In this document: positions 17,334-25,850 of the stretch, in pieces | How positions within the stretch are numbered: the first letter of the stretch is position 1 | Layout: each line of letters opens with the position of its first letter | Source: an uncultured Candidatus Saccharibacteria bacterium | Lineage (GTDB): Bacteria; Patescibacteriota; Minisyncoccia; Minisyncoccales; CAYZYK01 | DNA length: 64,000 nt | Assembly (NCBI GenBank): GCA_964482615.1 | Contig: CAYZYK010000001.1 | Location: forward strand, 2,144-66,143 | Direction of reading: 5' to 3' | The notes under the pieces: generated by a model | Seen by the model: only the letters and a program-made list of their open reading frames with translations | Databases searched by the model: none | What the model was told of the DNA's origin: nothing | Position numbers and translations under genes: made by a program

Positions 17334-17663
17334 ATGAAAAAATTAATTCTTCTTTTAATAATATTGACCGGTTTATCATTTTTTTCATTTACCGAAGCCG
17401 TTAAAATAAAGAACCCTTTAAATGTTGACACTTTTGACGATCTCATTGATGCAATCGCGGGAATAATTGAATTAATTGTTGGTTCTCTGGCTGTTTTAAT
17501 GTTAATAATTGCTGCGATTTATTTTATTACAGCAGCAGGGGATCTCAACCAGATTAGCCAAGCAAAAACTATGGTAAAATATGCCATAATAGGAGTTATT
17601 ATTGCTTCTATGGCCCGAGCTATAGGGACCGTAGTTGAATCTCTTTTAAAAACAGCTCCCTAA
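17334..17663 (+). CDS. Small secreted two-helix membrane protein, TrbC/VirB2 (T4SS-pilin)-like, array member 1
   Basis: 109 aa; signal peptide then two hydrophobic helices around loop ITAAGDLNQISQAKTMVKYA. Same architecture as members 2-9. Confidence 0.45.
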   Translation: MKKLILLLIILTGLSFFSFTEAVKIKNPLNVDTFDDLIDAIAGIIELIVGSLAVLMLIIAAIYFITAAGDLNQISQAKTMVKYAIIGVIIASMARAIGTVVESLLKTAP

Positions 17664-17774
17664 GTTATTAACAGCGCCCTGTTGATAAGTTTCTTAATAT
17701 CCTCTAAAATATTACAATATAAAACCTAAAGGTCGAAATAAAGATTTTATAAATTACAAAAATAAATATTAATC

Positions 17775-18095
17775 ATGAAAAGAATAATATCTACCTTAAT
17801 TCTCAGCAGTCTATTGGCTTTACCTGTCGTGGCTGCAGCTCAAATTGGAGAACCCTCCCCACCCACTGACATTATTGCTATTCTTCAGACAATAAAATCA
17901 ATAATCTGGGCTGCCTTCACTGTTTTTGCTATCATTATGTTTATTTATGCTGGAATACTTTTCTTTACCGCAGGTGGTGATCCCGAAAAAGCAGCCAAAG
18001 CAAAAAGCGCTGTTATTTTCGGTGTAGCTGGAATAGCAATAGCTGTGTTGGGATATGGAATAGTTCAGATCGTTATGGGTATTATGGGTGCTTAA
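17775..18095 (+). CDS. T4SS-pilin-like small membrane protein, array member 2
   Basis: 106 aa; MKRIISTLILSSLLALPVVAAAQ signal, then helix-loop (FTAGGDPEKAAKAKSAVIFG)-helix. Confidence 0.45.
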   Translation: MKRIISTLILSSLLALPVVAAAQIGEPSPPTDIIAILQTIKSIIWAAFTVFAIIMFIYAGILFFTAGGDPEKAAKAKSAVIFGVAGIAIAVLGYGIVQIVMGIMGA

Positions 18096-18235
18096 TACTG
18101 AATTTAAGCTAATTTTTCTAACAACAATGAATTCTAAGCCATGATTTTGAAGGTGGCTTAGAATTCATTTATTATGTATAATAGATTATAATAAAAGTCG
18201 AGTACCATCATTATAATAAGACACAAAGAAAAATC

Positions 18236-18556
18236 ATGAAAAGAATAATATCTACCTTAATTCTCAGCAGTCTATTGGCTTTACCTGTCGTGGCTGCAGC
18301 TCAAATTGGAGAACCCTCCCCACCCACTGACATTATTGCTATTCTTCAGACAATAAAATCAATAATCTGGGCTGCCTTCACTGTTTTTGCTATCATTATG
18401 TTTATTTATGCTGGAATACTTTTCTTTACCGCAGGCGGTAATCCAGATAGCGTTGCTAAAGCAAAAAGCGCTGTTATCTTTGGAGCAGCAGGAATAGCAA
18501 TAGCTGTGTTGGGATATGGAATAGTTCAGATCGTTATTGGCATTATGGGTGCTTAA
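18236..18556 (+). CDS. T4SS-pilin-like small membrane protein, array member 3. Near-identical to member 2 except in the inter-helix loop.
   Basis: 106 aa; first ~68 codons are DNA-identical to member 2, then GNPDSVAKAKSAVIFGAAG replaces GDPEKAAKAKSAVIFGVAG. Confidence 0.45.
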   Translation: MKRIISTLILSSLLALPVVAAAQIGEPSPPTDIIAILQTIKSIIWAAFTVFAIIMFIYAGILFFTAGGNPDSVAKAKSAVIFGAAGIAIAVLGYGIVQIVIGIMGA

Positions 18557-18714
18557 AAGAGAAGTAACACAGAGAATTCAATTGAAGTTGAATTTGACAA
18601 ATTTCAATTCAAAGATTAAATTTAGAGAATAGAAAATAATTTTAAATTTTTGGTATTCAAAAGGTCGCTAAACCCTGTTAAGGTAAAATTTAAGCTATAA
18701 AAATAAAAGAGAAC

Positions 18715-19041
18715 ATGAAAAGATTACTGTTATTTTCGGTTATTGTTTCTCTTGTGGGATTACCTTTGGTGACGGCTGCTCAAAACCCCCCTGGTTCAGG
18801 TTGGGCGTCAAGCTTTAGTGATATGTTTAATAATGTGATAGCTGAAGTATGGTTGATTTTCGTTGCTCTTGCTATTGTCCTGTTCATTTATGCGGGTGTT
18901 TTGTTTCTGACAGCATCCGGGAATCCAGAAAGAATCACCAAGGCGAAAAGCGCTTTTTTGTGGGGTATAGCTGGTGTTGCAGTGGCTATAATTGCTTTCA
19001 CAATAATTCAACTTGTGGGAAATTTGTTGGGAGCTTATTAA
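18715..19041 (+). CDS. T4SS-pilin-like small membrane protein, array member 4
   Basis: 108 aa; YAGVLFLTASGNPERITKAKSAFLWGIAGVAVAII. Confidence 0.45.
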   Translation: MKRLLLFSVIVSLVGLPLVTAAQNPPGSGWASSFSDMFNNVIAEVWLIFVALAIVLFIYAGVLFLTASGNPERITKAKSAFLWGIAGVAVAIIAFTIIQLVGNLLGAY

Positions 19042-19216
19042 CCAGAGATAAGAGATATAGAATCCCTGTTTAAAAAATTTGTTTTAATAAAGAATGAATA
19101 AGCTCTAATCCATTATAATTTTTGGATTGAGCTTATTTTATTAGACAAGATTTTTCTTTTAAGATAAAATAGAGGAAGCAAAAGGCAGAAATCAAAGATC
19201 TAAATAATATTTTAAG

Positions 19217-19531
19217 ATGAAAAAAATATTGATTACTTTAATATTATTAAGCATCTCAATATTTCCCTTGGGAGCTGAAGCCCAGATTATTATAGGTAAT
19301 ATTACTTGGCCTCAGCTTGTGCTTGGTCTTACAACAGCTATGTGGTCTGTTTTTGTTGGAGTTACAATAATAGCCTTTTTATACGCTGGTATATTATTTC
19401 TTACTGCCTCGGGAGATCCTCAGAAAATCGATAAAGCAAAAAAGGCGGTTATCTGGGGAATTGCTGGAGTAGCAGTAGCTTTTCTTGCTTATACTATAAT
19501 TAATATAGTAGGATATATGTTGGGGGCTTAA
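19217..19531 (+). CDS. T4SS-pilin-like small membrane protein, array member 5
   Basis: 104 aa; YAGILFLTASGDPQKIDKAKKAVIWGIAGVAVAFL. Confidence 0.45.
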   Translation: MKKILITLILLSISIFPLGAEAQIIIGNITWPQLVLGLTTAMWSVFVGVTIIAFLYAGILFLTASGDPQKIDKAKKAVIWGIAGVAVAFLAYTIINIVGYMLGA

Positions 19532-19572
19532 ACCCCTTAAAGTCAAAGAAACTTTAATCTAAAAGATAAAAG

Positions 19573-19884
19573 ATGAAAAAAAACTTATTTCCCATATTTT
19601 GTTTGGTATTTTTAATAATCCCCGCAATCATGTCTGCTGCTGTAGTCAGCAGTGGAAGCTCAAGTTTAGACAAAATAATTATAGGTGTTGTAAATGCGGT
19701 AGCCGCTGTAGCTACTGCAGCAGCGGTTATTAGTCTTCTTTATGCTGCAATACTTTTTCTTACTGCTTCTGGTGAACCAGACAAAATTACAAAAGCAAAA
19801 AAAGCTTTTCTTTGGGGTATAGCTGGTGTAATAATAGCAATTATAGCAAGCTCTATATTTACTATAGTTGGCTATTTTTTATAA
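19573..19884 (+). CDS. T4SS-pilin-like small membrane protein, array member 6
   Basis: 103 aa; YAAILFLTASGEPDKITKAKKAFLWGIAGVIIAII. Confidence 0.45.
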   Translation: MKKNLFPIFCLVFLIIPAIMSAAVVSSGSSSLDKIIIGVVNAVAAVATAAAVISLLYAAILFLTASGEPDKITKAKKAFLWGIAGVIIAIIASSIFTIVGYFL

Positions 19885-19902
19885 AAATAAAAAAACCAAG
19901 AG

Positions 19903-20292
19903 ATGAAAATTAAAAAAACTTTCTTTTTTCTAATCTGTGTTTTTCTTTTCTCTTTGCCTTTTGTAACTAATGGGTTAGATATTCAAGAGACAGCGCCAGG
20001 ACCCAAGCATTGGGCTTTTGTAGAGAGCGGATTGGCTAACATATTGAGTTGGGTTGCCACTATTGTGGTTTTGGGATTTCTTGTTTACGCTGCTATTTTG
20101 TTTGCTATAGCAGCAGGGGAACCAGACAAGATTTCCAAAGCAAAGAAAATGTTTCTTTATGCGATAATAGGAATAGTGGTGATCCTAATAGCGTTTATAA
20201 TTAGAATAATAACAAGCGAAACATTTAAAAACTTTACTTGGGAATTCAATGCTTGGGAGCCTATAAAAGATTTTTTAAAAGGTATTTTTTAG
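19903..20292 (+). CDS. T4SS-pilin-like small membrane protein, array member 7 (with extra C-terminal tail)
   Basis: 129 aa; YAAILFAIAAGEPDKISKAKKMFLYAIIGIVVILI plus C-terminal ETFKNFTWEFNAWEPIKDFLKGIF. Confidence 0.45.
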   Translation: MKIKKTFFFLICVFLFSLPFVTNGLDIQETAPGPKHWAFVESGLANILSWVATIVVLGFLVYAAILFAIAAGEPDKISKAKKMFLYAIIGIVVILIAFIIRIITSETFKNFTWEFNAWEPIKDFLKGIF

Positions 20293-20325
20293 TCTTAATA
20301 AATCTTTAATTTTTTATCTCTAATA

Positions 20326-20667
20326 ATGAAAATTGAAAAATATTTTTCTGTATCTATCCTCCTAATGATTTTTTTACCTTTATTACCCGCTGCAGTCATG
20401 GCAGCTTGGGGAATACAGGATGCACCTACTGCAATAGATAGCTGGAATAAAATAGGTAACGCTATTCTCCTTCCAATTTACGCTATTGCTGTGGCAACAA
20501 TAGTAATCATGTTTTTTTACTCAGCTATTTTGTTTGCTACGGCAGCAGGGGAACCAGACAAGATTTCCAAAGCAAAGAAATCGTTTCTCTGGGGATTAGT
20601 TGCCGTGATTGTTTTGATTATTGTTCCCGTTATAATCACAATAATGAGAGAGATAACAGGCATTTAA
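20326..20667 (+). CDS. T4SS-pilin-like small membrane protein, array member 8
   Basis: 113 aa; YSAILFATAAGEPDKISKAKKSFLWGLVAVIVLII. Confidence 0.45.
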   Translation: MKIEKYFSVSILLMIFLPLLPAAVMAAWGIQDAPTAIDSWNKIGNAILLPIYAIAVATIVIMFFYSAILFATAAGEPDKISKAKKSFLWGLVAVIVLIIVPVIITIMREITGI

Positions 20668-20723
20668 CCTTTAATCAAAAAATGTTAGATTTTTTAAAAA
20701 GATTAACTAAAAGCTATTTAAAT

Positions 20724-21023
20724 ATGAAAAAGACTTTACTCTTTTCAATTATTCTTGTTGTTCTGGTCTTTCCTCTTGTAACTGATGCTGTTGATGTTAC
20801 TCCGATTAAAGAAAAAATAGAAAGCGTTTCGGATGTAGCTTGGACTATTGCTGGTACACTTGCTGTTGTCATGCTTATTTATGCTGGAATTTTATTTGTT
20901 ACAGCAACAGGAGAACCAGAAAAACTAGGGAAAGCAAAAAAAGCTTTCATTTGGGGTATTACGGGATTGATTCTAGCTATTTTAGCTAATACGATAGTAA
21001 GTATGATAGTAGATAATTTATAA
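20724..21023 (+). CDS. T4SS-pilin-like small membrane protein, array member 9. ATG at 20724 (MKKTLLFS...) preferred over the track start at 20682.
   Basis: YAGILFVTATGEPEKLGKAKKAFIWGITGLILAIL. The signal peptide is only sensible from the internal ATG. Confidence 0.45.
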   Translation: MKKTLLFSIILVVLVFPLVTDAVDVTPIKEKIESVSDVAWTIAGTLAVVMLIYAGILFVTATGEPEKLGKAKKAFIWGITGLILAILANTIVSMIVDNL

Positions 21024-21034
21024 GCAAAAATTCT

Positions 21035-21115
21035 GTCCCTGTGGCGGAATGGCAGACGCGCGTGGTTTAGGACCACGTCCCGCGAGGGGTGCAGGTTCGA
21101 ATCCTGCCGGGGACA
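21035..21115 (+). tRNA. tRNA-Leu (anticodon UAG), long variable arm
   Basis: Acceptor GTCCCTG/CGGGGAC (one G-U), D-arm TGGCGGAATGGCAGACGCG, anticodon stem CGTGG/CCACG with loop TTTAGGA, variable TCCCGCGAGGGGT, T-arm GCAGG-TTCGAAT-CCTGC. Confidence 0.8.
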
Positions 21116-21146
21116 CAAAAAACCCAGTTAACTAACTGGGTTTTTA
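21116..21146. terminator. Bidirectional terminator hairpin (ACCCAGTTA/TAACTGGGT flanked by A6 and T5)
   Basis: Perfect 9-bp inverted repeat between tRNA-Leu (+) and the hsp20 gene (-). Confidence 0.55.
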
Positions 21147-21165
21147 GAATTGAGAATTCTCATTT

Positions 21166-21582
21166 CTATTTCACATCTATCTTCTGTTTTTCTTCTTTTT
21201 GAAGTTTGGGTAATTCTACTTTGAGGATTCCATTTTCCATTGAAGCATCTATCTTTGAAGTATTTACGTTTTGGGGTACTATTATTTTTCTTGAAAAAGG
21301 ACCCCAATAGCATTCTTTGTAAAAATATTTTTTATCATCTTGTTGAACGGGATTTTCTCTACTTCCTTTTATAATCAACATATCTTTTTCAACAGAAACA
21401 TTAATATCCTTTGTTGATATTCCCCCAACAGCAGCTAAAACAACAAAGCTTGAGTCAGTCTCATAAACATCGACAGCTAATTTTCCTTCTGGCTGAAGCC
21501 AGGACTTTTCTTTCCCTCCCTCTTTCTTACCGGAGGAAAGTTTCTTTTTTGGTTTTGATTTTGTTTTCTTCGAAAAAAACAT
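21166..21582 (-). CDS. Hsp20/alpha-crystallin family small heat-shock protein
   Basis: 138 aa; alpha-crystallin domain AVDVYETDSSFVVLAAVGGISTKDINVSVEKDMLIIKGSRE...ASMENGILKVELPK, with a basic N-terminal tail. Confidence 0.8.
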   Translation of the reverse strand: MFFSKKTKSKPKKKLSSGKKEGGKEKSWLQPEGKLAVDVYETDSSFVVLAAVGGISTKDINVSVEKDMLIIKGSRENPVQQDDKKYFYKECYWGPFSRKIIVPQNVNTSKIDASMENGILKVELPKLQKEEKQKIDVK

Positions 21583-21585
21583 AAT

Positions 21586-22308
21586 TTATTTTATTTTACA
21601 AACACTTTTTATTTTTTTAAGTTTCTTTAATGCCCGAGAAACAAAGAAAGCTAAAAACACAATAATGGCTACGGGGATAATAACCTTTAATGCTCCCTTA
21701 CTCTCTATTATAGAAAAATTATAAGCTCCATGCAAAAAAACAGCTAATAAAATTCCAGAGAAAAGAAACCTTTTTCTTTTTTTAATATTCAAAAAAGAAA
21801 GAGCCAAAAAGTAACCTAGGAGAGCAGAAGATAAAGCATGTAAAAAAGTAGCTGAGATGAATCGGAATACAGCCAATCCCACAGTTTGTAATAAATAAGG
21901 ATAATTAGTTAAGAAAAGAAAAATATTCTCTAAAGCGGCAAAACCAAGCCCAGCGATTATCATATAAAGCATAACATCTATTGGTTCATCAAGTTCAGAA
22001 TTTCTGAGAACTTTCCATTTAACTACTAGATATTTTAATATTTCTTCTGTGAAAGCAACCACCACAAACCAATCAAAAACCACAATTAAAGGAATTAATA
22101 AATCTAATTTGAATATGTTTTTGAATTCTACCAATGAAAATTCAACTAATATTTCTATTATTGCCGCAGGAATAGCTATTACCATCCCATAAAAAAATAT
22201 TTTAAGAATCATCCCGTTTGATTCTGGATGAACATCTGCCCTTAAATAAAATAAGAGCCAGATTATGCTGGGTAAAATCCCCAAAAGAATGTAAAAAAGA
22301 TAATCCAT
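21586..22308 (-). CDS. PrsW-family intramembrane metalloprotease (CPBP-related)
   Basis: 240 aa polytopic; conserved EExxK (FTEEILKYL), FxxxH (FLHALSSALLGYF) and HxxxN (FLHGAYNF) motifs. Confidence 0.7.
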   Translation of the reverse strand: MDYLFYILLGILPSIIWLLFYLRADVHPESNGMILKIFFYGMVIAIPAAIIEILVEFSLVEFKNIFKLDLLIPLIVVFDWFVVVAFTEEILKYLVVKWKVLRNSELDEPIDVMLYMIIAGLGFAALENIFLFLTNYPYLLQTVGLAVFRFISATFLHALSSALLGYFLALSFLNIKKRKRFLFSGILLAVFLHGAYNFSIIESKGALKVIIPVAIIVFLAFFVSRALKKLKKIKSVCKIK

Positions 22309-22316
22309 AAATAATA

Positions 22317-24491
22317 TTATTTCTTACTCTTTTTTGGTTCCGGCCACCTCTCAATTAATAATAATTCTTTTTCTTTTATTGGTAATTTCCCGTAAATCTC
22401 TTCTGTAATAAAGGGACAGAAAGGATGTAGAAGTTTCAAGGAATTAATCAGAGTATATAATAAGATCTTTTCTGTATTTTCTTTTTGTTCATCCTTTTTT
22501 AATTGTTCCTTGCTTTCTTCAATATAGTTATCACAGAAATCATGCCAGAAAAAATCGTAAAGTTTATGAGCTGCTTGTCCAAATTCAAATTCATCCAAGT
22601 CCTTGTTTATCTCTTTTATGTTTTTGTTTAATTTATTTATTATTTTCTTATCTGAATCAGTCAAGGTTTTGAAATCTAAGATTTCTTTTAAATTCTTGAA
22701 ATTAGATCCTTTAATGTTTTCCAGAAGGAAGCGAGTAGCGTTCCATATTTTGTTGCAGAATTTTTCTCCCATAGCAATATTATCTTCAACAAAACGAATA
22801 TCTTGTCCGCCCATAATTTGATAAGCTATTCCAAATCTTGTAGAGTCAGCACCATATTTTTCAATTAATTCCATTGGATCAATTCCAGTCCCCAGAGATT
22901 TTGACATTCTTCTACCATCTCTGGTTAAAATTGTTGCATGGATAATGACATCAGAAAAAGGGATTTTTTTCATAAATTCCATTCCCGAAAAGATCATTCT
23001 TAATACCCACAAATTTATTATATCTCTTGCTGTAATTAAAATGTCAGTGGGGTAAAAAGATTTTAAGTCCTTTGTTTTTTTTGGCCAACCTAAAGTAGCA
23101 AAAGGCCATAGAGCTGAACTGAACCAGGTATCCAGAACATCTTTGCTTTGAGTTGGGCTGCATCTTTTACAAATTTTACACTCTTTTGGCTTTTCAACAG
23201 AAGCGAAGAATTTTTCTTTTTTTGAATTTTCACATTTAAAAATAGGCAACCTGTGACCCCACCAGATTTGCCTTGAAATACACCAATCCCTTATATTATC
23301 CAACCAATCAAAATACGGTTTTTTAAAGTTGGAAGGATTAAATTTTATTTTGCCTTTTTTAACCGGTTTTTTTGCTTTTTTAGCTAACTTGTCCATTTTT
23401 AAAAACCACTGCCAAGAAGGAATAAACTCAATTGTTGTTCCACACCTGTAACATTTTGGGATTTTGGTTTCATAATCTTCTGTTTTTTCTAAAAGATTTT
23501 TTTCTTCTAAATCTCTTACAATTTCTTTTCTGGCTTCTTTAACATTAAGTCCTTGATATTTTTGAGGAGCATTTTTTGTTATCTTTCCTTCTTTATTTAT
23601 AACTTGGATTTTTTCTAGATTATGTTTTTCCCCTATCTTGTAATCTGTAAAATCATGAGCTGGTGTAACTTTAACAGCTCCTGTTCCAAATTCTGGGTCA
23701 ACCAAAATATCTTTAACTATAGGTATTTCTTTTTTAACTAAAGGTAAAATAGCTTTTTTGCCTACTAACTTCTTGTATCTTTTATCTTTAGGATTAACAG
23801 CAACTGCTGTATCTCCAAGCATTGTTTCTGGTCGGGTGGTTGCAACTTTAATATATTTTTCTTCAGCTCCTTTCAGAGGATAAAGGATATACCAGAGTTT
23901 CCCTTTTTTTTCTTCATATTCTAGTTCAAGATTAGATAAACTAGTAGAGCATCTTGAGCACCAGTTAACCACCCTCTTTCCTCGGTAAATCCAACCCTTT
24001 TTATGATAATGAACAAAAGCTTCTCTAACCGCCCTACTGTAATCTTTATCCATGGTAAATCTAGTCCTTGACCAGTCACAAGAACAGCCTAGTTTTTTTA
24101 ACTGGTTTAAGATAATATGGCCGTATTTTTCTTTCCATTCCCAAACTTTCTCAATGAACTTTTCACGACCAAGATCAAATCTTGTTTTGCTATCTTTTTT
24201 TAATTTTTTCTCAACCACATTTTGAGTAGCAATTCCCGCATGATCTGTTCCTGGCAACCAAAGGGTTCTGTAACCTTGCATTCTTTTCCTTCTAATTAAA
24301 ATGTCATGGATAACAGAATTTAAAGCATGGCCCATATGTAGATTGCCCGTTACATTGGGTGGGGGAATAGTAATACAATAATTTCCTTTCTCTCCAGAAT
24401 TGTTGTCTGGATTGAAAAACCCTGATTCTTCCCAAATCTTATAGATTCTATCTTCAACTTTTTTTGGATTGTAGATTTTTGGAAGTTCCAT
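22317..24491 (-). CDS. valS: Valine-tRNA ligase (short form lacking the long C-terminal coiled coil)
   Basis: 724 aa; YNPKKVEDRIYKIWEE, PPPNVTGNLHMGHA (HIGH), CP1 editing region, RMSKSLGTG (KMSKS). Confidence 0.8.
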   Translation of the reverse strand: MELPKIYNPKKVEDRIYKIWEESGFFNPDNNSGEKGNYCITIPPPNVTGNLHMGHALNSVIHDILIRRKRMQGYRTLWLPGTDHAGIATQNVVEKKLKKDSKTRFDLGREKFIEKVWEWKEKYGHIILNQLKKLGCSCDWSRTRFTMDKDYSRAVREAFVHYHKKGWIYRGKRVVNWCSRCSTSLSNLELEYEEKKGKLWYILYPLKGAEEKYIKVATTRPETMLGDTAVAVNPKDKRYKKLVGKKAILPLVKKEIPIVKDILVDPEFGTGAVKVTPAHDFTDYKIGEKHNLEKIQVINKEGKITKNAPQKYQGLNVKEARKEIVRDLEEKNLLEKTEDYETKIPKCYRCGTTIEFIPSWQWFLKMDKLAKKAKKPVKKGKIKFNPSNFKKPYFDWLDNIRDWCISRQIWWGHRLPIFKCENSKKEKFFASVEKPKECKICKRCSPTQSKDVLDTWFSSALWPFATLGWPKKTKDLKSFYPTDILITARDIINLWVLRMIFSGMEFMKKIPFSDVIIHATILTRDGRRMSKSLGTGIDPMELIEKYGADSTRFGIAYQIMGGQDIRFVEDNIAMGEKFCNKIWNATRFLLENIKGSNFKNLKEILDFKTLTDSDKKIINKLNKNIKEINKDLDEFEFGQAAHKLYDFFWHDFCDNYIEESKEQLKKDEQKENTEKILLYTLINSLKLLHPFCPFITEEIYGKLPIKEKELLLIERWPEPKKSKK

Positions 24492-24531
24492 ATTTAAGAA
24501 TATTTTAACACAGACAGTACAATTATTAAAT

Positions 24532-25701
24532 TTATTTTAATCTAAGATTTGGTTCGGCTTTTATTTCCTGCCAGGATTTTTTGTTTTCTCTGCGGAAAAA
24601 TCCCGTAACTGCTATTATTAAAGCGTTATCACCAGAATATTTAATATTCGGAACTAAAAACTCTGTTTTGGGTATTTCTTTTTTTATTTTCTCTTTGAGC
24701 TGTTTTCTTAATTCTTTGTTTGCTGTTACCCCACCACCCAAAAGAATGCTTTTTGCTTTTTTATCTTTTGCTGTCTTTATTGTTTTTTTAATTAAAACAT
24801 CAATTATTGCTTGTTGTATTTCTTTTGCCATTTCTTTGATATATTGTTCCGATTCTTTTTCCTCTTTTTTTCTTTCTTTAAAATCATACAATACAGCAGT
24901 TTTTAAACCAGAAAAACTGAAATCATAATTTTTACTGTTAATCATTGGTCTTGGCAGTTCAATTTTAAATTTAAATTTTCCTTCCTTCTTTTTTGCTTTT
25001 TTTTCAATAATAGGGCCCCCGGGATAGGGAAGACCGAGTATCCTTGCTGTTTTATCGAAACATTCACCAGCTGCATCGTCTCTTGTTTCTCCAATTATTT
25101 CGTAATTACCTATTTTTTTGCTTAAAATTAATTGAGTGTGTCCTCCACTAATAATCAAAGATATGGCAGGGAAAAGTTCATTTCTGGGTTTTCTTTTCAC
25201 AAAATTAGATAGAATGTGAGCTTCAATATGGTTTACTGGAACAACAGGTAAATTCCAACTTAAAGCTAAAGCTTTAGTGAGATTAATTCCTGTCCATAAA
25301 CAAGGATCAAGCCCTGGGCCTGTTGTTGCAGCAATTAAATCTATTTTTGGTTTTTTGGTTTTTTTAAGGAATATTTTTAAGTTATTTAGAAGATTTTTTT
25401 CTCTTTTTAAGATATTTTTTATCTTTTCTTTTTTGAGTTTTATTTTTTTCTTTGGTTTGGAAAAAAGATCAGCTTCTTTTAAGGATTTTTCAAGAACGGG
25501 GATTAAGTTTTTTTGATGTTCTCTTTTTGCTAAGGTAGGATAAACTCCACCATATTTTTTGTGGATTTCAACTTGAGAGGAAACAATATTCGATAAGATT
25601 TTAAAATCAGCCTCTTTTTTGTTTAAGACCTCAATTACAGCCACACAAGTGTCATCACAAGATGTTTCAATTCCTAATATTTTCATAAATTTAAAAAACA
25701 A
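24532..25701 (-). CDS. tsaD: tRNA N6-adenosine threonylcarbamoyltransferase TsaD (Kae1/Gcp family) with a lysine-rich internal insertion
   Basis: 389 aa; ILGIETSCDDTCVAVIE, HIEAHI, GGVTANKELR. Confidence 0.85.
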   Translation of the reverse strand: MFFKFMKILGIETSCDDTCVAVIEVLNKKEADFKILSNIVSSQVEIHKKYGGVYPTLAKREHQKNLIPVLEKSLKEADLFSKPKKKIKLKKEKIKNILKREKNLLNNLKIFLKKTKKPKIDLIAATTGPGLDPCLWTGINLTKALALSWNLPVVPVNHIEAHILSNFVKRKPRNELFPAISLIISGGHTQLILSKKIGNYEIIGETRDDAAGECFDKTARILGLPYPGGPIIEKKAKKKEGKFKFKIELPRPMINSKNYDFSFSGLKTAVLYDFKERKKEEKESEQYIKEMAKEIQQAIIDVLIKKTIKTAKDKKAKSILLGGGVTANKELRKQLKEKIKKEIPKTEFLVPNIKYSGDNALIIAVTGFFRRENKKSWQEIKAEPNLRLK

Positions 25702-25777
25702 AGAAAAAATGAGTAATATTTATGTTATCTGAGATATTGATTTTTTTCAATTTTTGAGATAAGATTAAAATATTGTT

Positions 25778-25849
25778 GGCCCCATCGTCTAACGGACAGG
25801 ACGTTTGATTTTCAATCAAGTAATAGGGGTTCGATTCCCCTTGGGGCCA
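25778..25849 (+). tRNA. tRNA-Glu (anticodon UUC)
   Basis: GGCCCCA-TC-GTCT-AACGG-ACAGGAC...; anticodon stem TTTGA/TCAAG with loop TTTTCAA; T-arm AGGGG-TTCGATT-CCCCT; acceptor TGGGGCC. Confidence 0.8.
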
Positions 25850-25850
25850 C

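Noticed and set aside
20682-20723. Upstream in-frame start (MLDFLKRLTKSYLN) for pilin-like array member 9
   Set aside because: It precedes the signal peptide and has no counterpart in the other eight paralogues. The internal ATG at 20724 gives the canonical MKK…signal architecture.
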